Part shown: positions 18,093-26,600 of the stretch, piece by piece | Position numbering within the stretch: the stretch's first letter is position 1 | Layout of the letters: each line of letters begins with the position of its first letter | Origin: a bacterium | GTDB lineage: Bacteria; Zhuqueibacterota; Zhuqueibacteria; Oceanimicrobiales; Oceanimicrobiaceae | Assembly (NCBI GenBank): GCA_046757025.1 | Contig: JBHHXN010000057.1 | Coordinates: 1-27,619 of the forward strand | Direction: 5' to 3' | Length of the DNA: 27,619 nucleotides | Notes under the pieces: model-generated | Told to the model about the DNA's origin: nothing | What the model saw: the letters and a program-made list of their open reading frames with translations, nothing else | The model's database searches: none | Made by a program: the position numbers and the translations under genes

Positions 18093-19667
18093 CTACTTCA
18101 TTTTGGGGAATTTTAATTTAAAAATAGTTCCGATCACGGGAATCTTAAGCAATTCCGGAAACGTCTCCTCCACATTGAGCTTGTCCCGAGAAAGCATGAA
18201 CAAAACCATCGAAAAAATCGCTGCCACCGGAATGAGTACGTACACGCTTTTCGTCAAGAAAAATTGGATCAGGAAAAGAATCGTGGCTGCTGCAATGACC
18301 AGCACATAAAAAGAGAAATATTTCCATTCAAAAATGTGGATATCTGTCGCCAACTTTAAACCCGCTTGTTTGAAAATATTGTGTATAAACAAAGCGCCCG
18401 TGGTGGCAATGGCTGCGCCCAGAGCGCCATATTTCGGTATTAACACGAAAGCCAGAACCAGGTTGAGAAACGCGGCTGCAAAATTCAATATGACAACATA
18501 ACGAATTTTTCCCAGCACTTTTAAAGTCAGACCATTAAAACCCAGCGCGACATTGAAATAATATCCCAGTGCAAACAAGTGCATGTACACCCAGGAGGAC
18601 TCGTAGCGTGCGCCATAGAGAAAAAGCGTCAGCGGTTTGGCCAGCGAAAAAGTCAGGGCGAAAATCGGAAAAGACAGCACCGACATCCAGATGGCAGTAC
18701 GCCAGTAGAGATCGTTGATGGCTTTAAAATCGTTTTTTGCAAACAAGCGCGCTGCTAACGGCGTGTAAAGAATCGCGAAACTCATCATAGGAATTTTATT
18801 AAAATGCGCTGCGGGTAAAATCGCCCGAAACGCCGCTACCTGTGTGGTATCATGAAAATAACCCAGGAGCAAGGTGTCGGCTGAATGCATGACAATCGTC
18901 ACCAGATCCGAAGTGAGCAAAGGGATGGTAAAGGCAAAAATTTCCTTTGCGGGAATTTTCATGGCTTTGAGTTTCAAACGCTGCAAAATGCCATTCCGGT
19001 GCCAGGTACGCAGCAGCAGCCATATAAAAAACAACATGCCCGCTGCGCTGCCGGTAAGATAACCGTACGCCAAAAACACCACACTGCTTTTCAAAAAAAT
19101 AAGCAGCATCACTACAGTCAATTTCAGCCCCGGCGCCACCACAAACTTGCGAAAGAAGATCGCTTTGGGACTACCAAAACTGGCGAACAGCGCCACCAGC
19201 AAACCGTCAAACGCTTCCACCGGCACCATGAAAATCAAAATCAACAGCAGGTTCACCGGCTGTTCTTTGTCCTTGATCAAGCGGGCAATGAGCTCCGGTG
19301 AATAATGCATGGCCCCGACGATCAGGATGGCAGTGAGAATAATCGTGCCGACGGTGAGTACCAGCGTGCCGGTCAACTTGTCGTATTCATCCCGTTCATG
19401 GTAGATGGGAATAAACCGCGTGATTCCGCGTCGTAAACCCAGCGAAGAAAGACCGTGAAAAAAAGCCACCACCGACAGTCCATAGGCAAACGCGCCGTAA
19501 TCCGTGGTGGTGAGATACCGAACCATGAGTACCTGGGAAGCAAAGTTCAACCCGGTGGACACAAACCGACCCATCAGCAGTAAACTGGAGCCGCGTATTT
19601 GTTTCCTGGTCGTATCCTGCTTTTTGGATTTTTTAGGATGAATTTCTGTTTGGACTTCCGCTTCCAT
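18093..19667 (-). CDS. wzx: Wzx-type oligosaccharide flippase (MOP superfamily)
   Basis: About 14 hydrophobic segments. Motifs R.L...DYG.F, LGL...ITRFIP, D.LLLGYF and LIPKYGALGAAIAT. The start directly follows TAA-TAG of the upstream gene. Confidence 0.92.
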   Translation of the reverse strand: MEAEVQTEIHPKKSKKQDTTRKQIRGSSLLLMGRFVSTGLNFASQVLMVRYLTTTDYGAFAYGLSVVAFFHGLSSLGLRRGITRFIPIYHERDEYDKLTGTLVLTVGTIILTAILIVGAMHYSPELIARLIKDKEQPVNLLLILIFMVPVEAFDGLLVALFASFGSPKAIFFRKFVVAPGLKLTVVMLLIFLKSSVVFLAYGYLTGSAAGMLFFIWLLLRTWHRNGILQRLKLKAMKIPAKEIFAFTIPLLTSDLVTIVMHSADTLLLGYFHDTTQVAAFRAILPAAHFNKIPMMSFAILYTPLAARLFAKNDFKAINDLYWRTAIWMSVLSFPIFALTFSLAKPLTLFLYGARYESSWVYMHLFALGYYFNVALGFNGLTLKVLGKIRYVVILNFAAAFLNLVLAFVLIPKYGALGAAIATTGALFIHNIFKQAGLKLATDIHIFEWKYFSFYVLVIAAATILFLIQFFLTKSVYVLIPVAAIFSMVLFMLSRDKLNVEETFPELLKIPVIGTIFKLKFPKMK

Positions 19668-19670
19668 CTA

Positions 19671-21041
19671 TTATCTTTTATGACTTTCCCGGTATTGCTG
19701 CCAGATCAAGGCAGTCACTTCACTTTTCACGCTTTCCGTTGATTGGGTCGCATCCACCACGCGCATATTCGATATTTTATCGACCAATTTGAGATAGCTC
19801 TGCCGCTGCTGTTCCAGCCAGGCCGGTGAATGCTCGCCTTTACGCTGAAACAAAACGTCTCCGGGCGCATCTAATAAAACCACCAATTCCGGTTGCGGCA
19901 GTCCGCCTTCAAACAACCCTCTGCGAATCCGCTTCCAAACCGAGTCGGATTTTTTGTGGAGCCATGAATCATAGATGTATCGATCGAATACAACTATCCT
20001 TCCCCGCAGGATGTGGTAGTGCGCAACCAAAGCACATAACCAGCGTTCCAGCAGTTTGTTGCAAAAATTCAGCCCTTTTAACCAAATTTGAAATGGATTT
20101 TTGGAAGCAGCCCGTCCATTCCGCGATTTTATGTGCTGGTGCAGCCACGCGCTGCCGGGCAGCTTAACGGTTCGGGCCTGGACGTTGCCGCCCAGGTAAA
20201 CGCGTCGGGCTTTCAACCGGAGGTCATTTGTCAACGCCACAGCCAGCGAGGACTTGCCGGCGCCGTCGGGAGCTAGCAGCGCCACCGCCAGTCCGCGCTG
20301 GTGCAGGGCAAACAACAGCGGCCGCAACCGCTGGAGTAACCGATTGTACAACGCATGCCAGGTGCTGCTCCACGGATCCCGTTTGCGAAATTGAATCGTC
20401 AACTCCCGGCGCTTCGCTTCGATGGCAGACCAATCTTTCGTAGCCAAAACCTGCTCAAGAAACGCCATGGAAATGGCCGGCGCTAAAAAGCGCTGGCTGA
20501 AAGATTCGACCTTTCGCTCAAAAGCCTCGTCTCTTTGGCGCCACAGTTGAATTAAGCGCCGTCGGTGAGCCGCCCGAATTTGATTTTTATCCAGCAATCC
20601 GTGCAGCAGCAGGGCGATAAATTCATGAGCCGGCGACAGCATCGAAATGTCTCTCTGAACTCTTTCCCGTAAAAAGGTCTCAGCCAGATTTACACGGAAT
20701 TTACGGATGGGCGCGCCAAAAAAGATATCGGTCACCACATCGAGTTTAACCCAGTTGTTTCGTGATTTCTCGAATGCCAAAAAAAAGCGATGCGGCGCGT
20801 GCCCCCAGGCAGGCCATGGCACAAAGCCCAGCTCAGCCACACAATCAGCCAGCTTGCACAACTGACTTTTTGGCACCAGCAAATCAATTTCCAGAAAATC
20901 GCTGGTGTTTTGCAGCTCATCGGCTCCTCGGAGCAAACAGTACGCAATGCCCGCTGCTTGTAACCGCTTGAATATATTTTGTACCAACAAGTTCGAAGGG
21001 ACGCTTTTTATTTCGCTGTCAATAGTTAATTCTGAATTCAT
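19671..21041 (-). CDS. Fusion of a nucleotidyltransferase-like N-domain and a thymidylate-kinase-like C-domain
   Basis: N-domain: YCLLRG...LEIDLLV...KLDVV (Pol-beta-like acidic triad, first Asp replaced by Glu). C-domain: APDGAGKSS, VFDRYIYD, PQPELVVLLDAP...QRKGE and VVDATQS. Confidence 0.7.
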   Translation of the reverse strand: MNSELTIDSEIKSVPSNLLVQNIFKRLQAAGIAYCLLRGADELQNTSDFLEIDLLVPKSQLCKLADCVAELGFVPWPAWGHAPHRFFLAFEKSRNNWVKLDVVTDIFFGAPIRKFRVNLAETFLRERVQRDISMLSPAHEFIALLLHGLLDKNQIRAAHRRRLIQLWRQRDEAFERKVESFSQRFLAPAISMAFLEQVLATKDWSAIEAKRRELTIQFRKRDPWSSTWHALYNRLLQRLRPLLFALHQRGLAVALLAPDGAGKSSLAVALTNDLRLKARRVYLGGNVQARTVKLPGSAWLHQHIKSRNGRAASKNPFQIWLKGLNFCNKLLERWLCALVAHYHILRGRIVVFDRYIYDSWLHKKSDSVWKRIRRGLFEGGLPQPELVVLLDAPGDVLFQRKGEHSPAWLEQQRQSYLKLVDKISNMRVVDATQSTESVKSEVTALIWQQYRESHKR

Positions 21042-21176
21042 TTTTTTTTATTAGAATTTTGATCTTGTTTGTGAATATTTGGTTTACTTATCAACTTTCA
21101 CGCAGAATGAAAATTTCAATCTAAGATTTACCACTCGTCATTTTTGATGGCTCAATCACCGCACGAGGATGTTAGT

Positions 21177-21926
21177 TCAGAACAGAAAATTCTGGCCGAT
21201 CAAAATCACACCGTACGTAAAAATGAATGCCGTGATCAGGTGTTGGTAAACCGCGTTGGTTGATTTGAGATAGACGAGGTTGCCCACTGTTCGCGACGTC
21301 AGCAGCGCCAGCCCGGCAAATAGCAAACTTTTTAAGCTCAACACTTCAGGATTAAGTACACTCAAAACCGCGATCTGCGAAATCGCAAACACCAGGTAAC
21401 CATAAGCAATGTTGGCACGGATTGTTTGCTTTTCCTCATAAACGGCCGTGATGAACACCGTTAAAAATCCACCGCCCATGTTGGACAGCCCGTGGATCAA
21501 TCCCATCAACATCAAGTACAGTTTTGTGTATTTTGTTAAAAAACGGCTGAGCAAAGACTGAAGGCCGCGGGTGGTTCGTATCATAGCGCTCACCACCAGC
21601 ATCCCTCCCACCAGCACTTTTATCTCCAGTTCTACGATGTTGGTTAAAATCGCCGCTAATCCCAAAACAATAAACGGAACCGAATACACCAGAAAATGGC
21701 TTTTGAATTTTTGTAGATGCTTTTTTCCTGCATGCACCTGCATCAGGCTGATGAGCATGGATGACGGCAGTAAAAAAGCAATGGTGCTTTGAAAATCGTA
21801 TCCCGCCAACAGCATGGTGGGGGTTCCAAACACCAGCAGCCCCACACCGAAAATAGATTGCACTGTAGAATAAACGATGATCAAAATGGTCAGAAAATAG
21901 ATGTTGTCCATAAGGTTAAACTCCAT
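21177..21926 (-). CDS. TauE/SafE (TSUP) family sulfite/organosulfur transporter
   Basis: About 8 hydrophobic segments with two glycine-rich repeats (QSIFGVGLLVFGTP and GLIHGLSNMGGG). Alternative start at 21911 with GGAG upstream. Confidence 0.8.
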   Translation of the reverse strand: MEFNLMDNIYFLTILIIVYSTVQSIFGVGLLVFGTPTMLLAGYDFQSTIAFLLPSSMLISLMQVHAGKKHLQKFKSHFLVYSVPFIVLGLAAILTNIVELEIKVLVGGMLVVSAMIRTTRGLQSLLSRFLTKYTKLYLMLMGLIHGLSNMGGGFLTVFITAVYEEKQTIRANIAYGYLVFAISQIAVLSVLNPEVLSLKSLLFAGLALLTSRTVGNLVYLKSTNAVYQHLITAFIFTYGVILIGQNFLF

Positions 21927-21973
21927 ACACTTGCTTTTGAGGTAACGGTTGCTCCAGTTCGCTTAGATGTAAC

Positions 21974-22024
21974 AAACCCACTGAATTGAAGCTGCCGACG
22001 CGAAGAAATCCAATCAGTGGGTTT
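21974..22024. other. Intergenic stem-loop
   Basis: Perfect 11-bp inverted repeat aaacccactga (21974-21984)/tcagtgggttt (22014-22024), extendable by attg/caat with a bulge. Confidence 0.6.
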
Positions 22025-22084
22025 TTGAATGGGTGAACTACCGCCGAATTTTAAGACATAAAAAACCTTTGATTTTTTTCGATA

Positions 22085-22975
22085 TCAGGCAAATTCTGAT
22101 ACTTCGCTGTCGCTGTTCACACGATCATAAAACTGCATCAAAAGTTTTCCTTCCTCCTCAGTGAGATACTTTTTCCATTTGTCGGACAGATTCAGTATTT
22201 TAGTGGAATCGATCACTTTTTCAAATTCATCGTACCACTCGAGCTCACAGAAATCCAGAATTTCCCGCAGATATTTTTTCGGCTGGGTTGTAAAAACTTC
22301 GTAATCGATTTCATAGCAGCGGTCGGGAAACCGGGCGATGTTGTTGCGAATATCGTCGATATCCAGTTGGGTTTTTATGGCTGCGGAAAGCAGGGGACCG
22401 CCGCCCAGCTCTTTCCAGATTTGTCGATAGCGCGGCGGCACCTCTCCCCATTCCCACTCCTCGCTGTCGATAGCACCGGTGACATTCAACCAGCCTGCGT
22501 TTACCCACGATGTCACCACCGACACCGGATTCCTGCGAATGTAGATGAAGCGGATGCCTGGGAAAATGCGCTCGAAAAGCGCCATGCGCGCCCAGCCGGT
22601 CACTTTGAAAAGCAGGCGCGGCTTATTCTGATATTTCAGGATTTTTGCGACGGCCCGCCTCAGTGGCTCGATGGATTCCGGTGGTACATCCTCGGCGTAA
22701 AGAGGACGATCATGCCGACGAATTCCGGGAACATACTGCTCCCAGAATTTGTAGGGACTGAACGGTTTGGGAAAATATCTTTCCTCTTTTATCTTGTCAA
22801 AAATGGGCCAGTGGTACAAATTTGAAAACAACGCCAACCACGTGAGCTTCGGAAAAACCTGTTGGTAGGTAGAGAGCCAGCCCAAATCTTTGTGCTGGGC
22901 TAAAATCCGATAAAACATAGTGGAACCGCTGCGTCCGGTGCACACGATCATCACCGGTTTTTCAATTCTATTCAT
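22085..22975 (-). CDS. PAPS-dependent sulfotransferase family protein
   Basis: 5'-PSB loop IVCTGRSGSTM, 3'-PB motif FIYIRRNPVSVVTSW, and YE.F...P...LREILDFCELEW. No signal peptide. Confidence 0.88.
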   Translation of the reverse strand: MNRIEKPVMIVCTGRSGSTMFYRILAQHKDLGWLSTYQQVFPKLTWLALFSNLYHWPIFDKIKEERYFPKPFSPYKFWEQYVPGIRRHDRPLYAEDVPPESIEPLRRAVAKILKYQNKPRLLFKVTGWARMALFERIFPGIRFIYIRRNPVSVVTSWVNAGWLNVTGAIDSEEWEWGEVPPRYRQIWKELGGGPLLSAAIKTQLDIDDIRNNIARFPDRCYEIDYEVFTTQPKKYLREILDFCELEWYDEFEKVIDSTKILNLSDKWKKYLTEEEGKLLMQFYDRVNSDSEVSEFA

Positions 22976-23215
22976 CAACCTAAACCTTTAAATTCAACGT
23001 TCTGGATTTCTGTCTTGACTATGTTGTTCTCATTCTAAAACTAAAATTTTGGAACGCAATTGTACTCCGACAGGAAACAAGTCTGGCCTTAATTTGAACA
23101 TCCAACCATGCCTATCTGCAGGTTCCTGTGGTGGAAACATTCCAATCAGCATGGGCAATCTGTTGCCTCATGACTAATACAATATAATTCGACACGAACG
23201 GGCTGCAAATTTAAC

Positions 23216-25378
23216 TCAATCATAAAATACCGGACGGTTCTGAGATATTTCTGTGCGTAGCAGATCCTGCACGCTTTCACGAATCAACCATGCCGGCAGG
23301 CGCTCGTTTTTCTGCAGCGCCTGCCGGATGCGTCCGCCGCTGATGGGCAATGTGGACGGTGTCTTCTTTTCGCCGTACGTTTTCGTCTGAGGGTCATAAC
23401 CCACCTGGTCGAAAAAGATCGGCACGATCTCAATGTCATGCAGCTTCTCGAAAAGCCGACGAGTGTCAGCATCGTTGTAGTAACTGTCCACGCCGGTGTG
23501 ATCGCGGCCCACCACAAAATGACTGCAGCCCATGTTTTTACGACAGAGCGCTGTGAAAACCGCTTCTCTTGGACCGCAGTAACGTGAATAGGTCGAGAAC
23601 GCCCCCAGCACGACCTTTCCGGGCGGATACACGCATTCGTCCAGCAGCAGTTTATAGCTTTTGAGGATGGGTTCCGCTAAAAAATCACCCGACTTTTTCG
23701 GACCGATGACCGGACTGATATAAAGCCCGTCCGCATGCACCAAATCCAGGGCGTTGATTTGAATATATTCATGTGCTTTGTGCGGCACGTTGCGGGTGTG
23801 AAATCCAACTACTTTGCTCCAACCTTTTTGGGTGAAAATCATGCGGGTCTGTGCCGGCGTCAATTCATAATGCTGGTACGGCGAAGCCATCTTCTCCATC
23901 AGAATAATTTCTCCGGCCAAAAAACGATCTCCGCCTTCAAATAAACGAGCCACGCCGGGATGTTTTCGGGAACTTGTACCGAACCATTTTTTTGCCACCC
24001 CGGCGAAGTCCACCGTGAAGATTTCACTGATTTTCAGGGTGGCGTAGATTTTCCCGCTATCATCCGTCAAGGCAATGCGTTCGCCCACCACCATGCTGTT
24101 AATGCGGCTTTTTTCGGTCTGCAGCACAATGGGCATGGTCCAAGCCAGTCCGTTCGGCAGCCGATGGTTTTCGAGCACACTATCCATTTCTGCTTTGTTC
24201 ATGAATCCCATCAGTGGCGAGTAGGTGCCGTTGGCAATTTGCACACAATCCAGCAGATCGGTGTATTTCACTTTCAGGGTTTTTAAATTTTGCAATTTCT
24301 GACGCTCATCGTATTGCACCTCGCGATTAACCAGCTCGCCACCGTGTGGTTCAATCAAAAGCGAAATCGGTGCGGAAGTGTAGTGCATTCGCTGCCAGCG
24401 GTGATTGTTCTCAAATTCCCCGATGATTTTCTTTACCATGCTCGCGGCAGAGACTGGAAAATCACCGATGGCGGTTTCCGCTGCCAGAACCAAACCGTCG
24501 GCTCCGTCCATGAGCGTGTTGTAAACATCGTTGACTTCCGCCCGTGTGGGATTGGGCGACGTGACCATGGACTCCATGAGATTGGTCGCCACATATACGT
24601 TGACCCCCGCAACTTTACCATAACGAATGATGTCTTTTTGCATCGCCGGTATTTTTTCGATGTTCACCTGCCGCGACAGATCCCCCCTGTCTATCAACAG
24701 TGCATCGGATTTTTCAGCAATCTCGGCCAGATTTTGCAGGCCGTTCAAGCACTCGATTTTGGAGATTACGGTGGCCTGTGGGTGAGCTGCCGCTCGAATC
24801 TCTTCTACATCCTGTGCGCGGTTGGCAAAAGAGAGCGCCACATGCCGAATGCCCATTTTTTTACCGATGGCAAGGGCTTTTTCATCTTTTTCCGAGAGCG
24901 CCGACATTTCGATCTCTCGCTCCAGAATGGTGATGGCTTTGTTCTGACCAATTTCACCGCCGTTTAGCACCCACAGCACCGCGCCCTCTTCATCCACAGC
25001 GATGACCTGCGCCAGCACTTCGGCGTCGATCTTCAACAAATCGCCCACGCGTAGTTTCTGCACGATTTCAACGGGGTTGAGATGAAAAAACTTTTCATCC
25101 CCTGCCATCTCATACCGACTAATGCGGAAAGAGCGGTTCTCACGAACCGTGACTTTACCAACCGCAAACTCTCCGGTACGGATTTGCGCACCTTCGGTAT
25201 CTAAACAAATTGGCACGGAAGTTCGACTCTGAATATATTTTAATATTTGAGCGACATCTTCTGTTTTTGTGTGAGACAAATTCAGTCTGAATAAACTCAC
25301 GCCAGCCTCTTCCAGTCGACCGATGACCCGGTCGTTTAAAGACGAAGGACCCAGCGTACACCAGATTTCTTTTTTCAT
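23216..25378 (-). CDS. sat: Pyruvate kinase (barrel + B domain, no C domain) fused to ATP sulfurylase (Sat/Met3 type)
   Basis: Residues 1 to about 325: CTLGPSS, RLNLSH, LDTEGAQIRTG, SKIE, RGDL, ATNLMESM, PTRAEVND and ETAIG. Residues about 340 to 720: PHGGELVNR, YSPLMGFM, WTMPIVL, HTRN.PHKAHEY, GPREAV and RKNMGCSHFVVGRDH. One uninterrupted ORF. Confidence 0.93.
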   Translation of the reverse strand: MKKEIWCTLGPSSLNDRVIGRLEEAGVSLFRLNLSHTKTEDVAQILKYIQSRTSVPICLDTEGAQIRTGEFAVGKVTVRENRSFRISRYEMAGDEKFFHLNPVEIVQKLRVGDLLKIDAEVLAQVIAVDEEGAVLWVLNGGEIGQNKAITILEREIEMSALSEKDEKALAIGKKMGIRHVALSFANRAQDVEEIRAAAHPQATVISKIECLNGLQNLAEIAEKSDALLIDRGDLSRQVNIEKIPAMQKDIIRYGKVAGVNVYVATNLMESMVTSPNPTRAEVNDVYNTLMDGADGLVLAAETAIGDFPVSAASMVKKIIGEFENNHRWQRMHYTSAPISLLIEPHGGELVNREVQYDERQKLQNLKTLKVKYTDLLDCVQIANGTYSPLMGFMNKAEMDSVLENHRLPNGLAWTMPIVLQTEKSRINSMVVGERIALTDDSGKIYATLKISEIFTVDFAGVAKKWFGTSSRKHPGVARLFEGGDRFLAGEIILMEKMASPYQHYELTPAQTRMIFTQKGWSKVVGFHTRNVPHKAHEYIQINALDLVHADGLYISPVIGPKKSGDFLAEPILKSYKLLLDECVYPPGKVVLGAFSTYSRYCGPREAVFTALCRKNMGCSHFVVGRDHTGVDSYYNDADTRRLFEKLHDIEIVPIFFDQVGYDPQTKTYGEKKTPSTLPISGGRIRQALQKNERLPAWLIRESVQDLLRTEISQNRPVFYD

Positions 25379-25480
25379 TATGACTAAACGACTCCTTTAA
25401 CAATTCACTCTATTTTCGTTGATGTGGATTCTGAGCTGCTGCAATGTTTGGCGAACTGTTATACACTACCAAAGCTCCGC

Positions 25481-26302
25481 TTAGCGCAGTCTTTTCTTCC
25501 CATTGAAATCACCGCTCTGCGTCAACCGCAGTTTGATTTGTTTTAATTGAAAAATCAGAAAAAACACAAACGCCAATGCAATCACGATTTCCACCACTTC
25601 AGAAAATTCAGAAATGGCAAAATAATAATCTTTCGGTGCCTCAAAGAAATTTCTGTAAACCCGCCACACAAAAGGCACCACAAAAAACGGTATCAGGGAA
25701 TAATGCGGCACCAGCATGGAAACCATCCTGGAGAAGCGTTTGCGGAGGCTGCTGAAATAGGCCACCACCGGCAGAATCGTACCGTAGGCACCCAGCACCA
25801 GATGCAGCCACTTGATGGTATGGCCAATGCCGTGAATGTTATGGATATTGGTTTCATCTTGCTTGTTGATGACTTTCATGGAATCCGGCGTGGCCCAGCC
25901 AAAGATTCTTTGTCCCCAGCTAACCTCTTCCCCGATGATAAAAAAGATCCCCAGGCAAAGTAGGCCATACAACACGGCGTACAAATTGTCTCCTTCTCGC
26001 CATTGGCTTTGAACGATTATTAGACCGAGTACAAATGAAATCGCCCAGAACAGCACCTGCAGATTCTCAGCCACCCGGTCTTCTCCCGTGAACCATTTGT
26101 AAACATCTTTTCCCAGCAAGCCCGTAATCACGCCCACCATGAGAACGAAAACCGGAATGGTAACAAGCGCGATCAATTTATGACGAGAAATATTCCAGGC
26201 ATGGGCACTGTCTTCAATTAAAAATTGAAGGGAGTTAGCGAGAGATTTACTATTAATTTTTTCATCGCTATTCTTTGTAGCCGAAAGCGTCATTTGTTTC
26301 AT
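25481..26302 (-). CDS. Uncharacterised multi-pass membrane protein (EExSWGQR...NxQxETNxHN motif), paralog 2
   Basis: About 6 hydrophobic segments. Motifs GEDRVAENLQ and GEEVSWGQRIFGWATP...NKQDETNIHN. GGAG ribosome-binding site. Confidence 0.85.
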   Translation of the reverse strand: MKQMTLSATKNSDEKINSKSLANSLQFLIEDSAHAWNISRHKLIALVTIPVFVLMVGVITGLLGKDVYKWFTGEDRVAENLQVLFWAISFVLGLIIVQSQWREGDNLYAVLYGLLCLGIFFIIGEEVSWGQRIFGWATPDSMKVINKQDETNIHNIHGIGHTIKWLHLVLGAYGTILPVVAYFSSLRKRFSRMVSMLVPHYSLIPFFVVPFVWRVYRNFFEAPKDYYFAISEFSEVVEIVIALAFVFFLIFQLKQIKLRLTQSGDFNGKKRLR

Positions 26303-26600
26303 TTAACTTCTCCAAATTGACCTTCCCTGGAAACGATATCAAAAAGGTTCTCATACAAGTTTTGACATTTCCTGGTATTATTTTTTCTTAACTTCTCAAC
26401 TGTCGGCTGTTAGCTTTTCGCCTTGAGTTGGCTGACAGAGTTATTTATCATCTTTTGTTTGTTGTTTGTTTAACAGCTCCAAAATTCCTTTAATAGCTTT
26501 AACTGAGACGATAGAGATTTCTTCAATGATAATGGTACTTGAACGAAACCTCCCCAAATACTGAATAGTTACATTTTTTTCTTTTCATAATATCTGCAAT

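Noticed and set aside
23150..23175. Second sigma-54-like site (AGGCAACAGATTGC on the minus strand)
   Set aside because: GG-to-GC spacing is 9 nt rather than the required 10. It is better explained as a small palindrome.
24290..24967. 225-aa plus-strand ORF
   Set aside because: Antisense shadow of the pyruvate kinase domain.
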